Source of the DNA: a virus
Strand: one strand, 5' to 3'
Length of the DNA stretch: 64,000 bases
IMG/VR virus record: IMGVR_UViG_3300009593_000015
Coordinates: 1 to 64,000 of that record
A program made the position numbers and the translations under genes. Shown here one piece after another: positions 17,500 through 26,659 of this stretch; the first letter of the stretch is position 1; the number at the start of each line of letters is the position of its first letter. The notes beneath the pieces were generated by a model. That model saw only the letters and a list, made by a program, of their open reading frames with translations. It was not told the origin of the DNA and searched no databases.

Positions 17500-17509
17500 A
17501 TAAAAAATT

Positions 17510-18139
17510 ATGCCATTTATAAATCATACTCATAAGTTTGTATTTCTCGGCAATGCTCGATGTGCTAGTACAAGCATGTATCAAGAGATAGCAAAGAACT
17601 CGAAAGAAGATTCTACATCCTGGCCAGGAGGAATAGCTGCAAAACCTAATTCTTATCATATGGGTGTAAAAGAATTACTAAGAAAACACCCCTATACCGA
17701 GACATACTATAAATTTTGTTTTGTGAGGAACCCTTGGGATCGCTTTCTTTCATCATATAGAGAATTTAAAATGGATCGTCACTCCGAATGGAACTCTGAA
17801 ATAAAAACATTTAAAAGTTTTGAAGAGTTTTGTATTGGTTTTAGAGACACGTCTTTAGTTTCTGATATACATTTTGTGCCACTATATGATCAAATTTGTA
17901 GTTTTGAAAGCACAATGGCAATTGATTACGTCGCCAGATTTGAAAATTTAACAGAAGATTACGCAAATATAATGAAAGTACTCAACAAGCCACAGGAATT
18001 AAGCTTTCACTCTAGGCACCAGAAAGAAGAAAAGCACTATACAGAGAATTACACATCCAAAACTAGAGATATAATAGGCAAAATTTATAGCAAAGATATC
18101 GACGCTTTTAATTATTTTTTCCAAAAGGCAGATAGTTGA
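17510..18139 (+). CDS. Carbohydrate sulfotransferase (Sulfotransfer_2 family)
   Basis: NARCASTS (5'-PSB variant), FVRNPWDRFLSSY, HFVP, RFENL and Y..D...FNY motifs. Confidence 0.85.
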   Translation: MPFINHTHKFVFLGNARCASTSMYQEIAKNSKEDSTSWPGGIAAKPNSYHMGVKELLRKHPYTETYYKFCFVRNPWDRFLSSYREFKMDRHSEWNSEIKTFKSFEEFCIGFRDTSLVSDIHFVPLYDQICSFESTMAIDYVARFENLTEDYANIMKVLNKPQELSFHSRHQKEEKHYTENYTSKTRDIIGKIYSKDIDAFNYFFQKADS

Positions 18140-18141
18140 CA

Positions 18142-18846
18142 ATGAGAGTCGCCCTGCTAGGAAAAAAATATAAAGACAAAATATATCACATAAAAAATTT
18201 AAGAAAAGGAGAGACCAACGTTTCTGATTTTTATAATGAGAGGTTAGGAGGAGCGCATAATTTCTTAAACAAAGAATCAGAAAACAATAATTTACTATTT
18301 GAACCTTTTTTAAGGGGCGAAAAAATAGCAACAATTATTAATGACAAAGAAGAGAGTACTAGAACCTCTTTCACCTATGAAGTGGAAGAGTCAAACATTA
18401 CAGGTGATGATATAGATAAGATTAACTCTGACTATGATTGGCTGCATGTGTGCTATATTGATGACATTGGCCCTTTACAATCGCTACAAAAAGTAAAAAT
18501 ACCTATCAGTTTGGACTTTTGCACTTTAACTCCTCGTTCTCGATATATGAATATTATAATGAGGTCTGAATTTGTATTTGATTCTAGGGAAAGGCTTAAC
18601 CTATATGACACATTAAAGTTTAAAAATCCTTTAATTTTGCATGACCCTTGCGGGGTAGATGTTAGAATATTGGGCGAAATAAAGCACTCGGCTAAAATGG
18701 TCCCAGTCCAGGGACTTTCAGTAAACGGCGCCGGCGACATGTTTGCTAAAAATTTTATTAAAAATTTTACAAAACATGGTATACTTAAATCATCAACAAT
18801 GGCCATGACGGAGACGACTAGCCAATTACTGAGGAGAAAACATTGA
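18142..18846 (+). CDS. PfkB/ribokinase-family sugar kinase (compact)
   Basis: LGGAHN N-terminal motif and VNGAGDMF anion hole. Confidence 0.7.
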   Translation: MRVALLGKKYKDKIYHIKNLRKGETNVSDFYNERLGGAHNFLNKESENNNLLFEPFLRGEKIATIINDKEESTRTSFTYEVEESNITGDDIDKINSDYDWLHVCYIDDIGPLQSLQKVKIPISLDFCTLTPRSRYMNIIMRSEFVFDSRERLNLYDTLKFKNPLILHDPCGVDVRILGEIKHSAKMVPVQGLSVNGAGDMFAKNFIKNFTKHGILKSSTMAMTETTSQLLRRKH

Positions 18847-20006
18847 AAAAACGATTTAATTTACTTTTACCCATTGCTGGAGCCGCAAAAAGGTTTTCAG
18901 ACGTGGGGTACACGATGCCAAAGCCACTTATTATGGCGAACAACAAACACATTATTGATTGGTCAATGGAATCAATGAAGCTTGACGAGTGTAACATTAC
19001 ATTTGTTGTGAGGGCAGAACATGTTTATAACTTTTCTATTGATGAAATTTTAAGACAAAAATTTGGAAAAGATGTAAATATAGTTGTTTTAGACAGGATG
19101 ACTAGAGGATCCGTCGAGACTTGTCTCAAGGCTAAGGAGTTTATTGACAATGATATGCCCCTAATTATTTACACACCTGACGTCTACTTTGAGAACCAAC
19201 TAGACCCTGCTTCTATAGATCCGGATTTAGATGGGTTTGTTCTAACATTTAAAGCTAACTCTCCAGCCCATAGCTATGTGAAGATGGGTGAAGATGGGTT
19301 CGCAACTAAGACAGCCGAAAAGGAAGTTATTTCACAAGATGCTGCGGTAGGGGTCTATCACTATAAAACAGGAAAAATGTTTATTAAATATGCAGAAGAA
19401 CTTATAGACGAAAACATAACCGTAAAGAATGAATTTTATTTGTGCCCTATGTACAACTTAATGATCAAAGACGGATTAAAAATAAAGACCAGATCTGCCG
19501 AAAAGATGCATGTACTGGGGACCCCTGCAGAATTAGAATTTTTTACTAATTATGTTGTTCAGCGCTTTGGCGAAAAGCCAGTTGCGTTATGTTGTGACCA
19601 TTCAGGTTATGAATTGAAGGAGGCTTCAAAAAAGCTTTTAGAGGATAATGGGGTTCCGTTTATTGATTTTGGAACCCTTATGAATAAAGATTGTGACTAT
19701 AACGATTATGTATCGCAGGCTATGATGGCCATAGAAACAAAGGTGTGTGATTTTGCAATGGGCTTCTGCCGCACCGGCCAGGGTGTAAATATGTTAGCAA
19801 ACACTTCGAAGCATATTCGAGGAGCTCTTGTTTTCGATGAGTATACGGCTGAACACTCAGTTAGGCATAACTGTGCAAACTTTTTCACAATACCAGAGAA
19901 GTACGTCTCAGAAGAAGAGTTAAACAATATGATCAAAGTATGGAAAGTGACCACGTTCGACGGCGGCCGCCACATGACAAGAATGAAGAAGACTATAGAG
20001 AATTAA
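18843..20006 (+). CDS. Sugar-phosphate nucleotidyltransferase fused to an RpiB/LacAB isomerase
   Basis: N-terminal AGAAKRF...PKPLI, EKEVIS, EFY..P.YN and LGTP. C-terminal CDHSGYELK, DFGT, CRTGQG, RHNCAN and FDGGRH. Confidence 0.88.
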   Translation: MKKRFNLLLPIAGAAKRFSDVGYTMPKPLIMANNKHIIDWSMESMKLDECNITFVVRAEHVYNFSIDEILRQKFGKDVNIVVLDRMTRGSVETCLKAKEFIDNDMPLIIYTPDVYFENQLDPASIDPDLDGFVLTFKANSPAHSYVKMGEDGFATKTAEKEVISQDAAVGVYHYKTGKMFIKYAEELIDENITVKNEFYLCPMYNLMIKDGLKIKTRSAEKMHVLGTPAELEFFTNYVVQRFGEKPVALCCDHSGYELKEASKKLLEDNGVPFIDFGTLMNKDCDYNDYVSQAMMAIETKVCDFAMGFCRTGQGVNMLANTSKHIRGALVFDEYTAEHSVRHNCANFFTIPEKYVSEEELNNMIKVWKVTTFDGGRHMTRMKKTIEN

Positions 20007-20007
20007 T

Positions 20008-20745
20008 ATGAGAGATAGATTTGACGTCGAGAATGGTGATATAAAACAATTAGAAGCAAACCTGTTTAGAGAATATAACTTATTTTATATACATATTCCA
20101 AAAACAGGGGGAAACACAGTTTTAAGGACTCTTCGAAAAGAAGTGGGAGAAGACATTTCTGAAGATATCGATAACGAAAATCTTATTAGACGCTTCGGCG
20201 CCGAAAACAAAAGAGCGCATACAACAACCGATGAGCTGTTCACTAGTCATCTTAAGATGACAAAGGGATTTAAAAATACTTTAGACGACAATATTATGGT
20301 GTTTTCAACAGTTAGAAACCCATTCGACCGCGCCTATTCGCTTTATATGTGGTCAAAATATGGTATTGATAAAAATATTTTTAAAACCAGTGAATATAAT
20401 AAATTTTTCATGCGCATAAGCACTTTTGAACAATTTCTTGAAGATTCTCAAAAAGTTAATTATCCTTTATTTGAAATGTGTAAGCCCCAGAGCGACTGGT
20501 TATATGACAGTACCGGTCAAAAACTGTTCGATATAGCTTGTAAACTAGAAAACTTAAGAGAAGATATGAGCACTGTCTGCCAGCATGCTGGCATAAAAAT
20601 CAGATCTAATATGTTTAAGTATAAAATTAATATGAACCCCTTGAGAGGAAACCTGCATTATCATGATGCATATAATATGACAACTAAAAATATGGTCCAA
20701 GAAATTTACAAAAAAGACCTAGAGAATTTTAATTATGATTTTTAA
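20008..20745 (+). CDS. Carbohydrate sulfotransferase (Sulfotransfer_2 family)
   Basis: IHIPKTGGNT, VRNPFDRAYSLY, PQSDWL, KLENL and YKKDLENFNYDF motifs. Confidence 0.88.
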   Translation: MRDRFDVENGDIKQLEANLFREYNLFYIHIPKTGGNTVLRTLRKEVGEDISEDIDNENLIRRFGAENKRAHTTTDELFTSHLKMTKGFKNTLDDNIMVFSTVRNPFDRAYSLYMWSKYGIDKNIFKTSEYNKFFMRISTFEQFLEDSQKVNYPLFEMCKPQSDWLYDSTGQKLFDIACKLENLREDMSTVCQHAGIKIRSNMFKYKINMNPLRGNLHYHDAYNMTTKNMVQEIYKKDLENFNYDF

Positions 20746-20765
20746 AACAACGAGAAAGAATTAAT

Positions 20766-21413
20766 ATGAGAGATATAGAATTAAACAAGAGGCTTTTAAA
20801 ATTGCTATACGACCACAACGAAGAACATGTGGGTAGTTGTTTTTCTTGCATAGATATAATTGATGATATCTTTTCTAAAAAGCACGAAGATGATATTTTT
20901 ATATTATCAAACGGCCATGCCGCATATGCTCTATATACTATATTAGAAAAGTATTACGATCATATCGACGCCGATGATCTTGTTAAAAAGCACGGTGGCC
21001 ACCCTAATTGGGATGAAGACAATCACATTTATTGCTCAACAGGGTCATTGGGTATGGGCATCATGATGGCCATCGGACGAGCTTTGGGAAACCCAAACAG
21101 AACAGTGCACGTTATGATTAGTGACGGAGAATCCACAGAGGGATCAGTGTGGGAAGCTCTTCGATTTATAGAAGAGAAGGGTGTTAAAAACATCGAAGTA
21201 CATGTGAACGCAAATGGGTATGCCTGTTATGACGAAATGGATGTTGATTATCTTGAAAGAAGATGTAAAGCTTTCTTGCCAAGAATTCATTACCACAGAA
21301 CAGAAAAAGAAACTTTTCCGTTCCCTTTCTTACATGGCATTGATGCACACTATTTAAAAATCAATGACCAACAATATAAAGAGGCTTTGGAGATTTTAAA
21401 TAATGAGTGTTAG
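20766..21413 (+). CDS. Transketolase-like N-terminal (TPP-binding) subunit
   Basis: HVGSCFS, LSNGHA, GHP, STGSLGMG and SDGESTEGSVWE...N motifs. Confidence 0.88.
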   Translation: MRDIELNKRLLKLLYDHNEEHVGSCFSCIDIIDDIFSKKHEDDIFILSNGHAAYALYTILEKYYDHIDADDLVKKHGGHPNWDEDNHIYCSTGSLGMGIMMAIGRALGNPNRTVHVMISDGESTEGSVWEALRFIEEKGVKNIEVHVNANGYACYDEMDVDYLERRCKAFLPRIHYHRTEKETFPFPFLHGIDAHYLKINDQQYKEALEILNNEC

Positions 21414-21882
21414 AAAAGTATTTGCAAAGTGCCTCTACGACGAGATGAAAGAAAATGAGAATATAGTCTTTGTTATAGGGGACTTGGGTTATAAACATTT
21501 CGATAAGATAAGAGAGGATTTTCCTGATCGGGTTCACAATCCCGGCGCAGCCGAGCAATTAATGCTAGGCATGGCTTGCGGTTTAGCAATGGAAGGTAAA
21601 ATACCAGTGTGTTATTCTATGACCCCTTTTATACTTTATCGGCCATTTGAGATCATAAGAACATATATTGATCATGAAAAAATACCAGTTATCTTAGCAG
21701 CCGGCGGCCGCGGCAAAGATTATGGCGCCGCAGGATTTTCTCACTGGGCAACTGACGACAAGGAACATTTATCGGGGTTTCATAATATAGAAAAGTCTTG
21801 GCCTTCAGAAGAAGAACTTGAAAGAAACTTCAGTGAAATTTTGAAATCTAAGACACCGCATTATATAAATTTATCAAGGTAG
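21403..21882 (+). CDS. Transketolase-like pyrimidine-binding subunit (no C-terminal domain)
   Basis: GDLGY, NPGAAEQ...GLA, RPFEIIR and GFSH motifs. Only 159 aa. Confidence 0.85.
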   Translation: MSVRKVFAKCLYDEMKENENIVFVIGDLGYKHFDKIREDFPDRVHNPGAAEQLMLGMACGLAMEGKIPVCYSMTPFILYRPFEIIRTYIDHEKIPVILAAGGRGKDYGAAGFSHWATDDKEHLSGFHNIEKSWPSEEELERNFSEILKSKTPHYINLSR

Positions 21883-21885
21883 AAA

Positions 21886-22635
21886 ATGACAATAAACAAA
21901 AAAGACATAACTATAATAATTCAAGGCCCACTGAACAAGACAAGTTTAGATAAATTAGAACATTACGTTGAATTTGGAAAAATTATCGTATCTCACTGGG
22001 CGGAAGATTCCTTAGACCTTCAGCAACAACTTATAGAAGCACAAGTTAAATATTCTAACATAAGTTCTATCTCTTCAAGCGACCCTCCGGATCCATATGA
22101 TCATCCTGGTCTGATAGGTTCGGTACAAAAGAAGGATTATAGATACCATCAATTTCAATCCACGCACGAAGCTTTAAAAATATGCAAAACAAAATACGCG
22201 ATAAAAACAAGAAGTGATGAGTATTGGTTGGGTCTAGAGCCCTTGTTAGAAAAATTCTCAGAAGATGATAATAAAATGGTTACATCAAACGTTTTTTGTA
22301 AACCATATTACCCTCAGCCTTATCATATTTCTGATCACTTAATGCTGGCTAAGACAGACTTGTTTCTTGAGAGTCTAGAAATGATAGCTATAAACGAGAG
22401 AGAAACTTTAAATGTTGTAGCAACGGAATGTACTTTTGGGATTGGGTTTTTGCACGCAAAACACGGAGAAAAACTACCCACCAACAAGGAATCGTTTGAG
22501 AAAGATTTTGCATATGTCAACATAAACGAATTTAAAGGTTATCTTGTTAGATGGAATACACCCCCCCGCGGCCCAAAGTTAGTTTGGCAAAAGCCCGAAG
22601 GTCTAGAATATATGGGAGAAAATGGAGTTGTCTGA
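21886..22635 (+). CDS. WavE-like glycan synthesis protein
   Basis: DITIIIQGP, IIVSHW, Q..ST...L, TKYAIKTRSD and HISDH motifs. Confidence 0.7.
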   Translation: MTINKKDITIIIQGPLNKTSLDKLEHYVEFGKIIVSHWAEDSLDLQQQLIEAQVKYSNISSISSSDPPDPYDHPGLIGSVQKKDYRYHQFQSTHEALKICKTKYAIKTRSDEYWLGLEPLLEKFSEDDNKMVTSNVFCKPYYPQPYHISDHLMLAKTDLFLESLEMIAINERETLNVVATECTFGIGFLHAKHGEKLPTNKESFEKDFAYVNINEFKGYLVRWNTPPRGPKLVWQKPEGLEYMGENGVV

Positions 22636-22638
22636 AAA

Positions 22639-23103
22639 ATGAGAATAATTTCCCACCGAGGATGCCAAGAAGGCCCGAACAAAGAAATAGAAAATAATCC
22701 AAAACAAATCAGCAAGATGATCAACGAAGGGTTTGATGTTGAAATCGATGTATTTTGCGATGATAAAACAGGGTTTTATTTAGGACACGACTCACCAACT
22801 CATCGTGTCGATATAGACTTTCTTAAGACACCCGGCCTATGGTGTCACGCAAAAGACCCTCACTCGCTGTCAAACATGTTACAAAACAACATACATTGCT
22901 TCTGGCACCAGCAAGACGACTTTACGATAACTAGTAAAAACTATATTTGGGCTTATCCTGGAATTGAAACATCCGGAAAAAACACGGTAATGTTGTACCC
23001 TGAAAAGTACCCCGATATAGATTGTTTTAAATATTACGCTATTTGCACTGATTACCCATATGAATTTTTAAAAAAAAGGAGACAAGTTCATGAAATTATC
23101 TAA
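22639..23103 (+). CDS. Minimal GDPD/PI-PLC-like phosphodiesterase
   Basis: IISHRG, EN, GFDVEIDV, LGHD, WCHAK and ICTDYP motifs. Confidence 0.8.
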   Translation: MRIISHRGCQEGPNKEIENNPKQISKMINEGFDVEIDVFCDDKTGFYLGHDSPTHRVDIDFLKTPGLWCHAKDPHSLSNMLQNNIHCFWHQQDDFTITSKNYIWAYPGIETSGKNTVMLYPEKYPDIDCFKYYAICTDYPYEFLKKRRQVHEII

Positions 23104-23296
23104 CCAAGCAATGGGAGCTATTATGATGGCTTTACAAAAATCACTTCTGGAGCAGACGGACATCACTCCAACACTCAAAGGTTTTATTTTTGAGCGAAAT
23201 GAGAATGAAGAGCTCATCGTTAGGAATCCTCCAACTTTTAAGATAGGAGAGGAAACCTTTACTCCAGAAATAAACAAAACAGCTGGTTCTGATTGA
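23090..23296 (+). CDS. Hypothetical protein
   Basis: AGGAG RBS, 68 aa. Confidence 0.7.
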   Translation: MKLSNQAMGAIMMALQKSLLEQTDITPTLKGFIFERNENEELIVRNPPTFKIGEETFTPEINKTAGSD

Positions 23297-23544
23297 TGCC
23301 GGTATATTGTTATAGATGTGTTGACTGTTCGTGTGAATTCGAAATTAAACACAAAATGTCTTTCGATTCGCAGCTTTGTATAAAGTGTGAATCGGAGAAT
23401 ATATTTAAAGTACCAGCTCTTCTAAAAAAGAAGAGTCAGGTTTTTTCTTCACCTCGAACGGGGGCTATTGTAGACGAATATATTAAAGACACCAAAGAAG
23501 AAATAAAAAAAGAAAAGAAAAACATGAAGTTAAGAGAGGTGTAG
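23296..23544 (+). CDS. FmdB-family zinc-ribbon protein
   Basis: MPVYCYRCVDC...FE...CIKCES. Confidence 0.85.
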   Translation: MPVYCYRCVDCSCEFEIKHKMSFDSQLCIKCESENIFKVPALLKKKSQVFSSPRTGAIVDEYIKDTKEEIKKEKKNMKLREV

Positions 23545-23547
23545 AAC

Positions 23548-23850
23548 ATGTGGTTTTGGTTTTTTGTGTTTAGTTTTTTAATAAACATATTGTCGCTTTT
23601 TTATGTTAGATGGCTTTTGAGATCATTGGCAATAATAAATGAAGACGTCGCAAGTGCAAATGAAATAATATTAAATTTTACTCTTCATACGAAAAGTATT
23701 TATGAGATGGAAATGTTTTACGGAGATGAGACTCTTAAGTCTCTCATCGATCACGCGACAGAAGTATCTAAGCGTCTTGAGGACCTAGATCTTCTTTTGG
23801 ACGAAACAGGAGATTCAAGTGATAAAGAAGAAGAGAAAAAAGAGAACTAA
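23548..23850 (+). CDS. Single-pass membrane protein
   Basis: Hydrophobic N-terminal 25 aa followed by an acidic coiled region. Confidence 0.7.
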   Translation: MWFWFFVFSFLINILSLFYVRWLLRSLAIINEDVASANEIILNFTLHTKSIYEMEMFYGDETLKSLIDHATEVSKRLEDLDLLLDETGDSSDKEEEKKEN

Positions 23851-24514
23851 AAACAATTATTTTACAAAAGTTCATGAAGATGCCATAGTAAAATATGCGT
23901 CTTCATCTAGTCGTCAAGAAAAATCAGAATTATACATGAAACTTATTCAACCGGCCTTTGATGAGATGGTTAATAAAATAATTTTTACTTATAAATTCAA
24001 CAATCTTCCGAATATAGATTATCTTAGGGATGATTGTAAGATATGGTTGACAACTATTCTCGATAAATATGACCCAAATAAGGGATCAAAGGCATTCTCA
24101 TATTTTTCAGTGGTGACAAAAAACTGGTTTATTCACAAAGTGAAGAAAAATTCTAAACAACTGAGAAGAGAATCCTCTTATGAGGAAATAGTTTCACGAG
24201 GAGGATCCGACTCACTGGGGACATCATCCAATATCGCCGATTACGCATCGCAACGCGAAGAAATGGAATTTTGGTCTTCTCTCTTGGAACAAATTGAAAA
24301 ATGGGATACAGGAAATTTAAAGACAAACGAGAAAGCAGTTTTACAGGCTGTTAAGGTTTTGTTAACAAATGTTGATGATATTGAAATTTTTAACAAAAAG
24401 GCAGTATACCTTTATTTGAGAGAACTCACTGGCTTAAATACAAAGCAGGTTGTAAACAATTTGAACAAATTGAGAGAAAAATATAGAATATTTAAAACAA
24501 AATGGGACAGGTAA
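23819..24514 (+). CDS. Phage sigma factor, T4 gp55 (late)-like
   Basis: NNYFTK..E.AI..Y and KYDPNKGSKAFSYFSVVTKN (region-2-like, comparable to gp55 F.YFT). Sits immediately before the structural module. Confidence 0.7.
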   Translation: MIKKKRKKRTKNNYFTKVHEDAIVKYASSSSRQEKSELYMKLIQPAFDEMVNKIIFTYKFNNLPNIDYLRDDCKIWLTTILDKYDPNKGSKAFSYFSVVTKNWFIHKVKKNSKQLRRESSYEEIVSRGGSDSLGTSSNIADYASQREEMEFWSSLLEQIEKWDTGNLKTNEKAVLQAVKVLLTNVDDIEIFNKKAVYLYLRELTGLNTKQVVNNLNKLREKYRIFKTKWDR

Positions 24515-24529
24515 TAATTTTTTATTATT

Positions 24530-24537
24530 TCTAATTA
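24530..24537 (+). promoter_or_regulatory. Candidate late-promoter motif TCTAATTA
   Basis: 4 nt before the ATG at 24542, the first gene of the structural block. Confidence 0.55.
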
Positions 24538-24541
24538 ATGT

Positions 24542-24856
24542 ATGACAAAAAACACAAAATCTTTAGAGAAATTTATTGAAAGGGCTACAAAAAACGTGAC
24601 CGATGACCGTGCTGCAACTCAAACTTTGCTTATGAGTTTGATGAAATATATGCAGTCCGGCGATGACCGACATAGAGAGTTCGGCCTAATTGCGGCCAAA
24701 TACCTTGAAACGCTCCAAAGATCAAACGAGCAGCTTGTAAAAATAGCAGCCTTAGTCCAAAAAGAGGCTAAATCAACTGAAGGGATTACCGAACAGGACA
24801 AGAATGATCTGTTTGACTTAATAAATTCAAAAGGACAAAAAACGGATAAACAATGA
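24542..24856 (+). CDS. Hypothetical helical protein
   Basis: 104-aa ORF with a coiled-coil pattern. Confidence 0.75.
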   Translation: MTKNTKSLEKFIERATKNVTDDRAATQTLLMSLMKYMQSGDDRHREFGLIAAKYLETLQRSNEQLVKIAALVQKEAKSTEGITEQDKNDLFDLINSKGQKTDKQ

Positions 24857-25530
24857 GTCAAGAAGATAAAGATAATAGATCATTAGGGATCCAAAACCAA
24901 ACATCAAATCCAGCACCAGAATCGACATTAATAAGCCCCAGAGGCTTGGTGAGTCCGGTTGAAAAAGTCATTTCGGCTATAAAAGAGGTCAGACAATCAC
25001 AAGCAATAAACTCAAAAGCCGCAGAAACTATGATAGGAGTAGTCCTAATGACTAGTCCCCCCCTCTCTCTTTCGGTTGATTCTTTCGCTGCAATCTACCC
25101 TAAAAATACTAGTTTTTTTAAAAGTGTCGTACAGAAAGATGGCAAAGCAATAAATCCTAAAAAGGATGCATCTGTGATTAGAGCCTACTGTTATATACCA
25201 GAAATATCTGGCTCCCTGCCGTTTCCAGATTTGAAAAAGCTGCACCAATTCTTATCGCTGTGGAATGAGTCAGACATTCCAAAAGATTCTGGCAAGCATG
25301 AAGAATATTATGTAAATAGGGAAAAAAGTATAATAAAGATGTACCCGGATTTATATAAAGAATTTAAGAAGGTGGTGATGCACCCTATCTTCTACAAATA
25401 TGTAGAAAGGCCAATTACTATCAGTCCACTTCAGTTTGTGTCGTTAAGTTTTACAAAAGATTTTGATACTTATCACACCGGAGTAATTGGGGAAGTATAC
25501 GGAGACTTCTTAAGAGTATCCCAAGAATAA
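24853..25530 (+). CDS. Hypothetical protein (structural module)
   Basis: 225-aa ORF with ATGA coupling. Confidence 0.7.
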   Translation: MSQEDKDNRSLGIQNQTSNPAPESTLISPRGLVSPVEKVISAIKEVRQSQAINSKAAETMIGVVLMTSPPLSLSVDSFAAIYPKNTSFFKSVVQKDGKAINPKKDASVIRAYCYIPEISGSLPFPDLKKLHQFLSLWNESDIPKDSGKHEEYYVNREKSIIKMYPDLYKEFKKVVMHPIFYKYVERPITISPLQFVSLSFTKDFDTYHTGVIGEVYGDFLRVSQE

Positions 25531-25561
25531 CACAGCGCACACACAATATAAGGAGAAAAAA

Positions 25562-26647
25562 GTGTCACAAGGACAAGATAAATCAAAAAACAGGAATCAT
25601 ATACCATGGCCCAATTCTCTAAATACGGGAAGAGGTAACACGCCACTTGAAGAGCCTGTCCCTAAATATTTGTCTCGTAAGGGAGATGGAATCATATTGC
25701 CGCCTGTTGACAACAACGCGGCCATAATACTTGGGAGAGACAGAAATCCTTTCGGTCCACCACGCTCTCGGGTTCCACATGGATCTGAAGAGGATCCAAA
25801 TAATCCAAAAGCATCACGAAGCGAAGTTTCAGGTTTCTCAGACCACATGGGCGCCGGAGCGATTGATATCGTCGTTGGCCGCGGCGCCCCATTCGCGCTC
25901 GAAATGTTACAACACGATATGTTTCCTCAGGGATTACCACCTCTTTACACCACGCGCAAACCAGACGAAATCGGCGCAAAGAAATTGACATCCGGCAACC
26001 ACCCGGGGCACATTATGGATGCTGCAAGAATTTATATGTCTCAAATGTGTCAAATAGATGATTACTTTAAAATAAAAAAAGTAAAAACAGAATTTGAAAA
26101 AGGTAAAACAACCACATCAATAAAAGAAGACAAGGGCCCTTGCAGCGCTATTATGTTAAAGGCTGATAAGTTGCGAATGCATTCAAGAAGAGATGTCTAT
26201 ATTATTGCCGGCGGAGATCCTTTAACAACTAGGGATTCAAATAATAACGAAATAACAGAATCAGGTAAGATACATCTAGTATCTACAAACGCGAAAATAA
26301 AAGAAAAAAGAGGCGCCTCGCCGGCAGTGAGATACAATGAGTTGAAGAGTTGCTTAAAGGAAATAACAAAGAGCTTGCAAGACTCACTAGAAGTGTTAAA
26401 TACATTCATTTTTTGGCAAATGAAAGTTAACGCGGCCTGTGCCAACGCAGTTTATGGAACAGGTGTAGGTATGACGACATCTAATCCTATTTCTCAGGCA
26501 GTTGAGAAAATATCAACGATTGCAAATACAAAAGATTTACTACAAATACACGCTATGAAAACATATAATATACCAAAAATCGAATTAAACTATTTAACAG
26601 ATGGGGGAGAAAAATGTATGGCTAGCAGAAATGTTACGCTAAACTAA
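25562..26647 (+). CDS. Putative baseplate hub/spike-related protein
   Basis: Short beta-strand repeats (AAIILGRDR, AIDIVVG, ARIYMSQ, AIMLKADKLRMHSR) and position upstream of gp25/gp6. Inferred mainly from synteny. Confidence 0.45.
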   Translation: MSQGQDKSKNRNHIPWPNSLNTGRGNTPLEEPVPKYLSRKGDGIILPPVDNNAAIILGRDRNPFGPPRSRVPHGSEEDPNNPKASRSEVSGFSDHMGAGAIDIVVGRGAPFALEMLQHDMFPQGLPPLYTTRKPDEIGAKKLTSGNHPGHIMDAARIYMSQMCQIDDYFKIKKVKTEFEKGKTTTSIKEDKGPCSAIMLKADKLRMHSRRDVYIIAGGDPLTTRDSNNNEITESGKIHLVSTNAKIKEKRGASPAVRYNELKSCLKEITKSLQDSLEVLNTFIFWQMKVNAACANAVYGTGVGMTTSNPISQAVEKISTIANTKDLLQIHAMKTYNIPKIELNYLTDGGEKCMASRNVTLN

Positions 26648-26659
26648 GAAAAAAACAAG

